A stretch of DNA of 37,230 nt from an uncultured Bacteroidales bacterium (GTDB taxonomy: Bacteria > Bacteroidota > Bacteroidia > Bacteroidales > Paludibacteraceae), in contig CAIUKZ010000041.1 of assembly GCA_903899865.1 (NCBI GenBank), positions 1 to 37,230 of the forward strand, written 5' to 3'. A model generated the notes under the pieces. That model ran no database searches. It was not told where the DNA came from and worked only from the letters and a program-made list of their open reading frames with translations. The stretch's first letter is position 1, and every line of letters starts with the position of its first letter. Of the stretch, positions 19,301 through 27,575 are shown piece by piece. Made by a program: the position numbers and the translations under genes.

Positions 19301-21615
19301 GTAAAGTCTTGCAGAGTGGCGTTTTGCCATGCTACGAGGTCAGGCTTGTCTGCACCAAAATATCCTAATACACCTCCTATACCATTGGCAATATAATTAT
19401 TATAATCAGAGGTTAGATTTCCTTTAACTGCATCTGTACAATAGATGGCATAATGGAGACTAGATCCTCCAGCAGTGCTTCGTTCGTTATGAAAGATATT
19501 GTTTTTATAAGTGCGATAATCATATCCATAATTGTTATATATGCAATAAGATTTATTTGTGGTACCAACTACACTACCTCCAATGTAGATAGTGTTAAAA
19601 AATATATTGTTTGAGTAGATTTGATTTCCATAATCATACATCCCATAAAGCGTAGTGGCTGTAGTAGGCATAAAACTGATGATGTTGTTAGAATATGTAT
19701 TCGAACTATTGGAAAAGTAAATGCCATAAAAACTGCCGCCAGTCGAGGCTGCATTTACAGAGAAATCATGAATGAAATTGGAATTGATAGGATTAGAAAG
19801 CGACTGAGAAATATACAAACCATAAATCTTAGCCGCACTAGCATTATTAATATTGGGTATAGAAAGATTATATACCTCATTGTTGGAAAGGCTCGCCCCT
19901 GAAGTGGCAGAGAAATTAACCCCATTTATTGTTCCTGCAAAATTTGAATTTGTTTCAATTAGATTATAAATACTGTTAGACATAACAGTAGCAGTAGTTC
20001 CACCAGCATCAATCCCAACAACTGCACTTGAAGAAGTAATCCCACTGGCATTTGACAAATCGTGAATTACATTTCCATTGATGGTATTAGTTCCAGCAGT
20101 GGAAAGTATCCCAGCGGTTTGCCCATAGGTAGAATTTACTGTTGCATTAACCAGATTTGCTATTGTATTGTTGGTGGTGGTATTGGTGCCAGTTCCAGAA
20201 ATTTTAATTGCAATCAAGTCTTGTACCTTCCCAGTATTTAGGATATTTGTGCCAGTAATACTTCCAGCTTGTGATGTGCTACCCACAATATTGTTTGAAA
20301 TGGTGATTGTACCGCCCACAGAACAATTGTTTATTCCCCAAAAAGTGATACCTCCAACTGAACTAGATGAAGTGCCAAAAGTAATTGAACCTATTTGATT
20401 GTCAGTACAATTGACAGTTCCAGACGAGGCAATATTTATTCCAAAAACATATCCTCCAAAACTGTTAGACTCAATGATTATACTGCCATTGGAGTTTTGG
20501 TCTCCAATTTGATTTTTTTTAATATCTACATCTCCAGAATAAGTGGCAATGTTCGAAAAATAACCACCAAAGGTAGTAAGTTTTGAAAAAGTGATGTTTT
20601 TTATTACATTATTCTGAATCAAACTTTTAGTTCCCGCATCAGCGTTCAATACAATGCCATAAAAATTGCCATTAGAATTTCCATTTCCTGTATTGTTGCT
20701 TAAAGCTGAGCCTCCACAGAGTGGTTGTGAGCCTCCAATATAGTTATCAAGAACTTGAATGTCAAATGTTCCTGTTGGTTTTTGGTTGGGGAGACTCATT
20801 ACATCAACAGATCCAATGAAAATTGGATAATAATTACCACCGTTAGTGGTTTGAGTATCATAAAAGCTATTGCCAGAGATAGTCCAAGACGTATTGTAAC
20901 TTTCCAATTTTACGCCACAGGAGGTGCTGGCGTTATTTCTACTGTCGTAAATTTCATTGTTAGAAATTGTATTGTTGGAGTTAGGATTGCCAGTAACACC
21001 TGCAGAGTAGATGCAGTTATATGGTCTGCTGCCTAAGGTGGCTGTGGCAGCTGCAGTACTTATTTTATTGTTTGAAATTTGGTTGGAGCTGTTGCCACCC
21101 GTAGTAGAAAATAGGATGACCCCACCTGTGGCACTTTTTTGAGAACCTAAGATGTTACAGTACTTTACGCTGTTGTTTGTAGCACCGGATGTAAAACGAA
21201 TTGTAGAAGCACTTGTACTCGTACTGGTATTGGTCATGGTTAGTGCTATCTCACCTGCACCACCTACTCGTCCGTCTATGGTCACATTGTCAGCACCATT
21301 TAGGTCGACTAGCGGATTGGCAGGATTTCCAGATATTGTACCACCTCCCACGCCAGGCATGATGGTGAGGGATGTCCATGCTTGTGCATTAAGGATTGCG
21401 GATAATGCTCCTTGGTTAGCCACGCCTGTGATGGTAATAGTAAGATTTTTGTTGTCTTGTGTGTTACTATTGATAGCTGTAAATGCAAGAGGTAGGCTTG
21501 CATATACACCATCAGCTCCTGAAGAACCAGCTACTGTTACTTGAGAAAAGGTCGATGAAATTAAAAATAATGAGAAAAACAAACAACTTACTAACTTCAT
21601 GATTTTGTGCTTCAT
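16309..21615 (-). CDS. Large secreted parallel beta-helix repeat protein with a probable T9SS C-terminal sorting domain
   Basis: Signal peptide (MKLVSCLFFSLFLISSTFSQ), Asn/Gly/Ser/Thr-rich xxNNxI repeats, two homologous halves, and a C-terminus YIVNIKTSKIARSMKMVK resembling a T9SS type A CTD. Confidence 0.8.
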   Translation of the reverse strand: MKHKIMKLVSCLFFSLFLISSTFSQVTVAGSSGADGVYASLPLAFTAINSNTQDNKNLTITITGVANQGALSAILNAQAWTSLTIMPGVGGGTISGNPANPLVDLNGADNVTIDGRVGGAGEIALTMTNTSTSTSASTIRFTSGATNNSVKYCNILGSQKSATGGVILFSTTGGNSSNQISNNKISTAAATATLGSRPYNCIYSAGVTGNPNSNNTISNNEIYDSRNNASTSCGVKLESYNTSWTISGNSFYDTQTTNGGNYYPIFIGSVDVMSLPNQKPTGTFDIQVLDNYIGGSQPLCGGSALSNNTGNGNSNGNFYGIVLNADAGTKSLIQNNVIKNITFSKLTTFGGYFSNIATYSGDVDIKKNQIGDQNSNGSIIIESNSFGGYVFGINIASSGTVNCTDNQIGSITFGTSSSSVGGITFWGINNCSVGGTITISNNIVGSTSQAGSITGTNILNTGKVQDLIAIKISGTGTNTTTNNTIANLVNATVNSTYGQTAGILSTAGTNTINGNVIHDLSNASGITSSSAVVGIDAGGTTATVMSNSIYNLIETNSNFAGTINGVNFSATSGASLSNNEVYNLSIPNINNASAAKIYGLYISQSLSNPINSNFIHDFSVNAASTGGSFYGIYFSNSSNTYSNNIISFMPTTATTLYGMYDYGNQIYSNNIFFNTIYIGGSVVGTTNKSYCIYNNYGYDYRTYKNNIFHNERSTAGGSSLHYAIYCTDAVKGNLTSDYNNYIANGIGGVLGYFGADKPDLVAWQNATLQDFTSVSVDPEFIAPGSTAASYTPTTNPLIGVAVGGVTKDYYDLNSRPLNPENVVPTMGAIEIVLDLPVKVYAMPANTLVGSYATLGDAFSKFNDGTHKTGVACPAGTFDIRISNSTSEQVSAVLYHSGNNGVSAYNAIHVFPTKADLTLGSNLGTPMILLNGADNVTIDGRVNGTGSNKALTLINRNNADSAATVLFRNGACNNTVEYAIIKNAGGRKSNLDTAGQLGAILFLGSTDVIGNSNNSILNNTFTNAGISGRPASAIYSNGQGVGKENSNILIKNNDFADVMNVTTSYLGTNIYVQDYNKNWKIQANNFYETTPLSTTIGFGESIYSVLVGSLGLFGEPGTCLGTADIHITDNYFGGSAPACGGNAYTKLSNQSNRYAAITIGIPSGNKATVQNNKIKNFSWSNSNNFFEVQPWAGIVVADGDVNIGDSIPNIIGDSVGTNSIFVKPATFSSSLNGPQSFIGTVYGVVVRGSGKVVCSNNIIGSINIDAEKDTTYAANFIGIQSQSDGTVDIKGNMIGSRTTANSILCMSTSTLARQNMVGISVTGSGQGTTSANCIANLKNSSTNPTSGSIMGIVSKATTNYITDNTIRDLSISNGNTSVNDSASVVGILANKNASVLGNTITNLKNLSTNFTGNVYGICMTNGTALDTISRNTISALSLPNIAGANAGSLIGIGVDNGKKHTCEVSSNFVHTFDVNSSSTATKLYGISTKSGISNVYNNIVYLAPNSATTIHGIYDAGQDSCDVYILNNTLYVGGSTGTGVTNKSYALYSNAATNARTIKNNILFNERSTAGGSSLHYSIFCNYSTNAKLSSNNNDLFANGQGAVLGYFGANKSGMFEWQSASLMDYNSVSLDPQFASVGTDPKGFAVGTDLLMGESGLSKVVSDYFGTSRAVVPTMGAIEYKRKDIPTNTSIGLDEQLNLSYNPFQILITNNTKEQGLIQITSMSGIQVFESTFAADGVSTIPTNFLNPNCYIVNIKTSKIARSMKMVK

Positions 21616-21925
21616 AGTTTTGATTTTGTTTTGGGGTTTAGGTTGCAAAGTAACTAATTTTTCTCAAAATTTGAAAGTATGTCTCTTTGAATTAAGTGTT
21701 TTAACTATTTAATTCTTATGTATTAAGAAATTATGTAGGTTTTGTAGGTGTTTTGACTGAGTTTGTGTTAATGAAATCCTTCGTTTTTGAAAAATATTTG
21801 TATATCCGTTTTCCACCCCTCCATTTTCTCATTTCCCAAACTTAAAGTATCTTTATGCTCTCATTATTGTGAATGCATGATGAGTCTAAAAATGCCTAAT
21901 CTCACAACTCGAAACCATTGATTTT

Positions 21926-23356
21926 ATGACCGAACTAGAACAACTTTTTCAGCAAACCGTAGCCAAACCCATATTGTCGTATGACGAACTATCAGCCTCT
22001 GGTTCTAATCGGAAGTATTTTCGTATTCATACTGATGGTGAGTCGTATATCGGTGTGGAGGGCACCTCGCTGGAGGAAAACAAAGCGTTTATAGAAATGG
22101 CGAAGCATTTTTATAATCAGGGTTTGCCTGTGCCTCGATTTATTGCTCAGACTGCTGATGGGATGCATTATATTCAAGAGGATTTGGGTGATACTTTGCT
22201 GTTTGATGCCATTGCCGAGGGACGTAAGACAGGAGTGTTTTGCGAAGCGGAGAAAGAGTTGCTACGCAAGACCATGCGCACCCTTCCGTCTATACAAGTG
22301 CTTGGGGCTCGCGATTTTGATTTTTCGGTGTGTTATCCTCAGCCAGAATTCAATGAACGTTCTATCCTTTGGGATTTGAATTACTTTAAATATTGCTTTT
22401 TGAAATCTACTGGGCTGGATTTTCAGGAAAATTTGTTGGAGGATGATTTCTATCGTTTTTCGGAAATTTTACTACGCTCACAAACCAACACTTTCATGTA
22501 CCGCGATTTTCAGAGCCGGAATGTGATGGTGAAAGATGGCGCTCCTTATTTTATTGATTTTCAAGGTGGACGTAAAGGACCGTTGTATTACGATGTGGCT
22601 TCATTTCTTTGGCAAGCGAAGGCACAGTATAGCACCGATTTGCGCGAAGAATTGCTGGACGTGTACTTAGAAGCGTTGAATAAATTGGTGCCTACTGATG
22701 GGGTGGCGTTTCGTAAGCAGTTGAAGTATTTTGTTCTTTTCAGAACGCTTCAAGTACTGGGTGCTTATGGATTTAGAGGGTATTTTGAGAAGAAACCACA
22801 CTTTCTACAAAGCATACCATTTGCCATCGAAAATCTTCGTGGCATTCTTAAAGATGATTTTTCAGAATTCCCCTATTTGGCTCAGGTGCTCAAACAAATG
22901 ACCGAACTCAAAGAGTTTCGCGAGGTGGAGGTGCGTAAGCCATTGGTGGTAAAAGTCTATAGCTTCTCCTACAAAAAAGGCATCCCCAATGACGATTCGG
23001 GCAATGGTGGCGGATTTGTGTTCGACTGCCGTGCGGTAAACAACCCTGGCAAGTACGAGCGTTATCAAAGCTTGACAGGTCTGGATGCATCTGTTATTAA
23101 GTTTTTGGAAGATGATGGGGAGATACTCGCTTTTCTCGATCATGCCTATGCACTTACCGATGCCTCTGTGAAGCGTTACATGGATAGGGGATTTACGCAT
23201 TTGATGATTAGCTTTGGATGTACTGGTGGTCGCCACCGCTCGGTCTATTCTGCCCAAAAAGTAGCTGAGCACATCCATGCAAAATACGGAGTAGAGGTAC
23301 AACTTATCCACCGTGAACAGAATATAGAGAAGAAATTCGAAAGTAATAAATTTTAA
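21926..23356 (+). CDS. AmgK-like phosphotransferase fused to a RapZ C-terminal-like domain
   Basis: APH-fold motifs GSNRKYFR, YRDFQSRNVM and IDFQGGRKGP. The C-terminal part has YSFSYKKGIP...FVFDCRAVNNP and FGCTGGRHRSV. Adjacent to a MurU-like gene. Confidence 0.85.
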   Translation: MTELEQLFQQTVAKPILSYDELSASGSNRKYFRIHTDGESYIGVEGTSLEENKAFIEMAKHFYNQGLPVPRFIAQTADGMHYIQEDLGDTLLFDAIAEGRKTGVFCEAEKELLRKTMRTLPSIQVLGARDFDFSVCYPQPEFNERSILWDLNYFKYCFLKSTGLDFQENLLEDDFYRFSEILLRSQTNTFMYRDFQSRNVMVKDGAPYFIDFQGGRKGPLYYDVASFLWQAKAQYSTDLREELLDVYLEALNKLVPTDGVAFRKQLKYFVLFRTLQVLGAYGFRGYFEKKPHFLQSIPFAIENLRGILKDDFSEFPYLAQVLKQMTELKEFREVEVRKPLVVKVYSFSYKKGIPNDDSGNGGGFVFDCRAVNNPGKYERYQSLTGLDASVIKFLEDDGEILAFLDHAYALTDASVKRYMDRGFTHLMISFGCTGGRHRSVYSAQKVAEHIHAKYGVEVQLIHREQNIEKKFESNKF

Positions 23357-23373
23357 TTCATTGATATTCTCTG

Positions 23374-23401
23374 AAAGTCCCCCTTGGGGGATTTAGGGGG
23401 C
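23374..23401 (+). repeat. REP-like 28-bp element, copy 1
   Basis: AAAGTCCCCCTTGGGGGATTTAGGGGGC. An inverted copy with 1 mismatch lies at 28661-28688. Confidence 0.85.
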
Positions 23402-23410
23402 TAAATTTGT

Positions 23411-24148
23411 ATGAAAGCAATGATATTCGCAGCGGGACTTGGCACACGCCTCAAACCGCTCACCGACACACTACCCAAAGCACTTGTTCCAATAGGAGGG
23501 AAGCCGCTTCTCGAACACGTGATTCTGAAACTCAAAGCCGCAGGTTTTGATGAGATCATTGTCAACGTGCATCATTTTCCTGACTTGATTATCCAATTTT
23601 TGAAACAAAACAATGACTTTGGCATTCGTATCGAAGTGTCCGATGAGCGTGAATGGTTGCTTGATACGGGCGGAGGTGTAAAGAAGGCCGCTTGGTTTTT
23701 TGATGATGGCAAGCCGTTTTTGGTGCACAACGTGGACATCCTTTCCAATCTTGATTTGAAGGCTTTGTACACTTCTCACACGGCATCAGACGCAGTTGCT
23801 ACTCTGGTAGTGAGTCAGCGTGATACGTTCAGGTACTTGCTCTTTGACCATCAATCACAACTTCAAGGTTGGATCAATGAAAAAACAGGTGAAACAAAAC
23901 CCAAAACCTTCGACTCCATTAGTTCCTTTCAGAAATTGGCTTTTTCAGGTATTCAAGTGTTGTCACCTCGGGTGTTCGAATTAATGAAGCCACTGGAAGC
24001 CAAGTTTCCAATCATGGATTTTTATCTTCAGCAGTCACAGTCGCAAATCATTAAAGCGTTTGTTCCTCAGGATTATAAAATGCTAGATGTAGGGAAGATT
24101 GATATCATTGATGAGGCAGAGGAATTTGTAAAATTGTTATTGCCTTAG
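23411..24148 (+). CDS. Nucleotidyltransferase (MurU-like)
   Basis: MKAMIFAAGLGTRLKPLTDTLPKAL, LLDTGGG and FLVHNVDI. Confidence 0.85.
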   Translation: MKAMIFAAGLGTRLKPLTDTLPKALVPIGGKPLLEHVILKLKAAGFDEIIVNVHHFPDLIIQFLKQNNDFGIRIEVSDEREWLLDTGGGVKKAAWFFDDGKPFLVHNVDILSNLDLKALYTSHTASDAVATLVVSQRDTFRYLLFDHQSQLQGWINEKTGETKPKTFDSISSFQKLAFSGIQVLSPRVFELMKPLEAKFPIMDFYLQQSQSQIIKAFVPQDYKMLDVGKIDIIDEAEEFVKLLLP

Positions 24149-24488
24149 TCAACAATAGGATGGTTTGTAAAGAACGGACAACATGCGATTTTATGCGGCA
24201 ACCCACTGATATTATGGCATCAAGATTATAATACACCTGTTTCCGCTTTACTTCCCGCGACCCTTCTTTTTGAACTATTAAGAAATCCTTAATAGTTGCT
24301 TTTTCATCCAATTCATGCTCCTCGAAAATGTTTTTAAGGTGCATGTTGATATTCGGCACAGTTGTTTGAAACAATTCAGCCATTAGCTTCTGTGTGAGCC
24401 AAACAGTTTCGTCCTGAAAACGGACATCCAATTTTGTTTCTCCGTTTTCGGTTTGATATATAATTATTTGTGATTTATTTTCTGCCAT
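24105..24488 (-). pseudogene. Truncated RhuM-family protein (N-terminal part only)
   Basis: IIIYQTENG...TVWLTQKLMAELFQ...HLKNIFEEHELD...YNLDAIISVG. Similarity appears to stop at RIKSHV and the ORF then runs into the 3' end of the convergent nucleotidyltransferase gene. Confidence 0.75.
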
Positions 24489-24515
24489 TTAGTATAAACT
24501 TAATTTAGTTGTATC

Positions 24516-24628
24516 ATTGGCGGTTTGCGGGAGCATTTGCTGTTGTGGAACGACAAAAAGAAATGCGGGTTCAAAGACTGCTGAATGCACGTCAGCTAGC
24601 CAATGAACATAGGCGTGTATTAGGGGTT
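24516..24628 (-). repeat. Truncated, degenerate attC-like site (family B)
   Basis: ATTGGCGGTTTGCGGG...TGTTGTGGAACGACA...AAATGCGGG...GCCAATGAACATAGGCGTGTATTAGGGGTT aligns with 4952-5079 and 6162-6293. The left AAC end is missing and the right core reads ATT instead of GTT. Confidence 0.75.
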
Positions 24629-24694
24629 TGTAGCTTTGTTTTTTTCTGTCTTTAGTTCTATGCATTTTTTCAAAGTGTCCGTTCTTTCTAATAT

Positions 24695-25711
24695 TCATAG
24701 ATAAAGTGGTATAGCCTTAAATGTCTTCTTTAATTTATTTTTAACTTGAATACTAAGTTTGTTGTTTTCTAAATGAATGTCACCTAACGATGTCATGTGA
24801 AAAAATGATTCAGGTAAAGTATTAAGTTTGTTGTTATTCATATTAAAACCATACAAATTAGTTAGTTTGCCAAAATTATCAGGTAATTTCTCTATATTAT
24901 TGTCACTAAGATGAAAATACGTCAAACTTGTTAATTCAATTATACTATCAGGTAAAACAGAAATTAAATTTTTATCAAAGTAAAGCCAATTCAATTTTTT
25001 TAGTTTTCCAATTGAGGAAGGTATTTCAGAAATCTTGTTACGTGAGAAGTCAAAGTTAACTAAACCAGAACAATTTCCTATTGTTTCAGGTAATGAAATT
25101 AAGTTATTGCTATAAACTTTTAAATGATACAAATTTTTTAATTCTCCAATAGAATTTGGCAGTTCTTTAATTTTGTTATTTGTGCAATCAAATACAATTA
25201 GACTACTTAAATTTCCTATTTCTAAGGGAAGTTGAGTAAGTTGATTCATATCAAGGTTTAAGTGAGTTAGATTTTTCAGATCAGATATCGATTTCTCTAT
25301 TTTCCATAATTCATTTGACATTAAATTTAACTCTATCAGATTTTCAAGTTCAGATATCCAATTAGGCATTTCTTTAATGTTATTGAATGATAAATCTAAT
25401 GACTTAAGGTTAGTAAAAGTTCTAATTTCCTCTGGTACTTTAGCCAAAGATTGAGAAGACAAGTCTAAAATGAAAACTTCTTTTGGAGATTTTATAGCTT
25501 CAGAAATTGTTTTGTACACTTTGTAACCTTGAAGATTTTTAGGTGCAACTGACATAGTAACAGAATTGTCTGAATGAGAGAAAGCTACATTATCATTTAT
25601 AATTGTAATTTCAAGTGTGTCAGTTTTAATTACCTGTCTTTTGGTTTTAGATTGACCTAAACACAACTGGTAAGATGTAATTATTGCAAAAACGATTGTT
25701 ATTAATTTCAT
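24695..25711 (-). CDS. Secreted leucine-rich repeat protein, cassette gene
   Basis: Signal-peptide-like N-terminus and about ten 23-aa LxxLxLxxNxLxxLPxxIxx repeats. Confidence 0.9.
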   Translation of the reverse strand: MKLITIVFAIITSYQLCLGQSKTKRQVIKTDTLEITIINDNVAFSHSDNSVTMSVAPKNLQGYKVYKTISEAIKSPKEVFILDLSSQSLAKVPEEIRTFTNLKSLDLSFNNIKEMPNWISELENLIELNLMSNELWKIEKSISDLKNLTHLNLDMNQLTQLPLEIGNLSSLIVFDCTNNKIKELPNSIGELKNLYHLKVYSNNLISLPETIGNCSGLVNFDFSRNKISEIPSSIGKLKKLNWLYFDKNLISVLPDSIIELTSLTYFHLSDNNIEKLPDNFGKLTNLYGFNMNNNKLNTLPESFFHMTSLGDIHLENNKLSIQVKNKLKKTFKAIPLYL

Positions 25712-25768
25712 TGTTTCTGTTTTTGGTTTATGACCTCTTAAGGTGACTCCTGTTTTTTTTCAAATAAC

Positions 25769-25900
25769 CGCTAACGGCCGACGCTATGGCAAGTGCGGGA
25801 ATAAATTGTTGCTCAACTGTCAACCAGCACAAATGTATGTGAAGATTTCAAATGTTTCAACGAACACGCAAATCCGCATTTGCTATAGCGTTCGCTAGCT
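25769..25900 (-). repeat. attC-like site (family A-like, 132 bp)
   Basis: Plus strand reads CGCTAAC-ggccg-ACGCTATGGCAAGTGCGGGA...TCCGCATTTGCTATAGCGT-tc-GCTAGCT. The right core is degenerate (GCT for GTT) and contains the stop codon of the upstream gene. Confidence 0.75.
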
Positions 25901-26692
25901 GCAGGGCTTCTTTCCTGTCTTACGTAAATCATCTATGTTACCTTTTGAAAATGTGAATGTTGCATTGAAAAATAAGTCGTATAAAATGTTGATATTATAT
26001 CTGCTTTCCAATGATTCTCTAATTGTCGTTGTTTGCTTATTAGGTTTTCCCGAAATCATTAGACTTGGAGCAATATGGTCAGTTGAATGTTTTATTCCAT
26101 TGTCCGTCATATATTCCACTTTTAATTCATTTAGCACACCTATAAAATTAAATAGAAGTTCGGGAAAAGGATTGAATTGTTTTACTTCACAAAAAGTCAT
26201 TAAGTCTTTATTTTCAACATAAGAGAAGGTCGTCTTAGTGTTATAATATTCCTTAGTGTATTTAACTTTCCCTTTCTTTATAACGGAAATATCTGGTGTC
26301 GTGAAAAGCTTACCGTCTTGTGAGCTTTGAACTGCAAGGTTATGTTGAATTTCGAAGTTCAATTTTTTCTTTTCGATTTCAATTGATGCTTCAAAATGTG
26401 AAAAGTTTGATTGGATTCCCGCAGGAGAGCACTTGTATTTATATTTTCCGGCTTGAAGGTTTCTAACTTCCAAATCGTATCCATTAAGTTCATAAAAACG
26501 AACAATATAATTGAAACAACTCATTTCAAAATACTCACTTGTCCTTTTTGCTTGGTTAACCACAATTGTTTTATACTTATTTGCAAAGTCTTTTATTTCC
26601 TTCTCAAAAAGAGCAAACTCTTTAAAAGGGGAGGTCTTCTTCGCTGTTTTGGTTCCCATTTTTCCTTGTTTGTCTTTCTTTAAAGTCGGCAT
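25895..26692 (-). CDS. Putative PD-(D/E)XK nuclease-like protein, second gene of a two-gene cassette
   Basis: FEMSC...TPDISVI...FCEVKQF fits an E...PD...EVK restriction-endonuclease-like motif. Alternative start at 26659. Confidence 0.55.
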   Translation of the reverse strand: MPTLKKDKQGKMGTKTAKKTSPFKEFALFEKEIKDFANKYKTIVVNQAKRTSEYFEMSCFNYIVRFYELNGYDLEVRNLQAGKYKYKCSPAGIQSNFSHFEASIEIEKKKLNFEIQHNLAVQSSQDGKLFTTPDISVIKKGKVKYTKEYYNTKTTFSYVENKDLMTFCEVKQFNPFPELLFNFIGVLNELKVEYMTDNGIKHSTDHIAPSLMISGKPNKQTTTIRESLESRYNINILYDLFFNATFTFSKGNIDDLRKTGKKPCS

Positions 26693-27131
26693 TATTCAAT
26701 TCAGATTTAAGAGTTATTAATTTTTTCAAAAAGTCTCTCGTTTCGTAATACTCCATTACAATTGGTGGAATTGAAAATCTTTCAAGTAAGGAGTTGTAGT
26801 TCATTACGACCGCAAGAATTTTGTTCTTTTCGTCTCCCGTCAAATTGTAATTACCAATTCTAACTGTGTCAGTTTGTCCCTTCTTAGTGACAGTGCCGTA
26901 AAATTTTACAGCCCCATCCAAATTAGTAATAACTCGTCTATGAAAAATGGATAGGGATAAAATCAATTCAACAGTTTTAATATTCTCTTTTAAAGTTTTG
27001 TATGTCTTGTAAGTGTCAATAAGATATGTAGCTTCTGTAAGTCTGCTCTGAAATTCGTTATAAATCTGATTTGTTAACTCAAATGGGAGTTTATATGTCA
27101 GTAAGTTTATTATCGGAGTTTCTGTTGCCAT
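26622..27131 (-). CDS. Hypothetical protein (169 aa), first gene of a two-gene cassette
   Basis: ORF begins about 45 bp after the attI-like core and overlaps the downstream gene. No family recognised. Confidence 0.75.
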   Translation of the reverse strand: MATETPIINLLTYKLPFELTNQIYNEFQSRLTEATYLIDTYKTYKTLKENIKTVELILSLSIFHRRVITNLDGAVKFYGTVTKKGQTDTVRIGNYNLTGDEKNKILAVVMNYNSLLERFSIPPIVMEYYETRDFLKKLITLKSELNNADFKERQTRKNGNQNSEEDLPF

Positions 27132-27173
27132 TTGTCAATTTGTTCTTTGTTTGTTGTGTCGTCACAGCCTTGC

Positions 27174-27190
27174 TGTTAACACCGAAAAAT
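27174..27190 (-). other. Putative attI-like array entry site, array 2
   Basis: Minus strand ATTTTTCGGT-GTTAACA matches the array 1 head at 13 of 14 positions through GTTA. Confidence 0.6.
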
Positions 27191-27442
27191 CCGCCATATC
27201 TATAAATTAACCATTTATTATATGTTTGTAAATGAATATATTATGAAATATGCAATATTACTATTGTTGCGTATATCGGAATCAGTATAAGTGTGATATA
27301 TTTGGTGAAGTTTATGGTTCTATTATATGTAAAAATAGCTTTTTTCGGTTACTAAGCAATGTGTTTCAGTTTATAAATCTAACTTATCCAACGGATTTTT
27401 GATTTTGATCAAATCAATTAGTGAAGTTACCAATGCTCCCCA

Positions 27443-27450
27443 CAAATATA
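27443..27450 (-). promoter_or_regulatory. Putative cassette-array promoter (-7 box TATATTTG), array 2
   Basis: Context AAAACTTTTGTATATTTGTG, just downstream of the aroC terminator and facing into the array. Confidence 0.55.
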
Positions 27451-27470
27451 CAAAAGTTTTGCATACAAAT

Positions 27471-27500
27471 AAAAAAGCCGATAGACCATGGTCCATCGGC
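27471..27500 (-). terminator. Probable terminator after aroC
   Basis: GCCGATAGACC-AT-GGTCCATCGGC stem followed by a T6 run on the minus strand. Confidence 0.65.
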
Positions 27501-27575
27501 GAAAAGGATACTTCTCTTCTCTTCTCTTCGTTGCTAAAGAGTGAGAGGCAGATAATTTCAATTTTTCAATTTGTT

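Noticed and set aside
17153-21544. Many 60-130 aa ORFs opposite or within the large beta-helix gene, and similar ones inside housekeeping genes
   Set aside because: Shadow ORFs overlapping well-supported long genes.
27190-27440. Small gene or second recombination site in the array 2 leader
   Set aside because: Very AT-rich with scattered TATAT words, but no convincing ORF, dyad or match elsewhere in the window.
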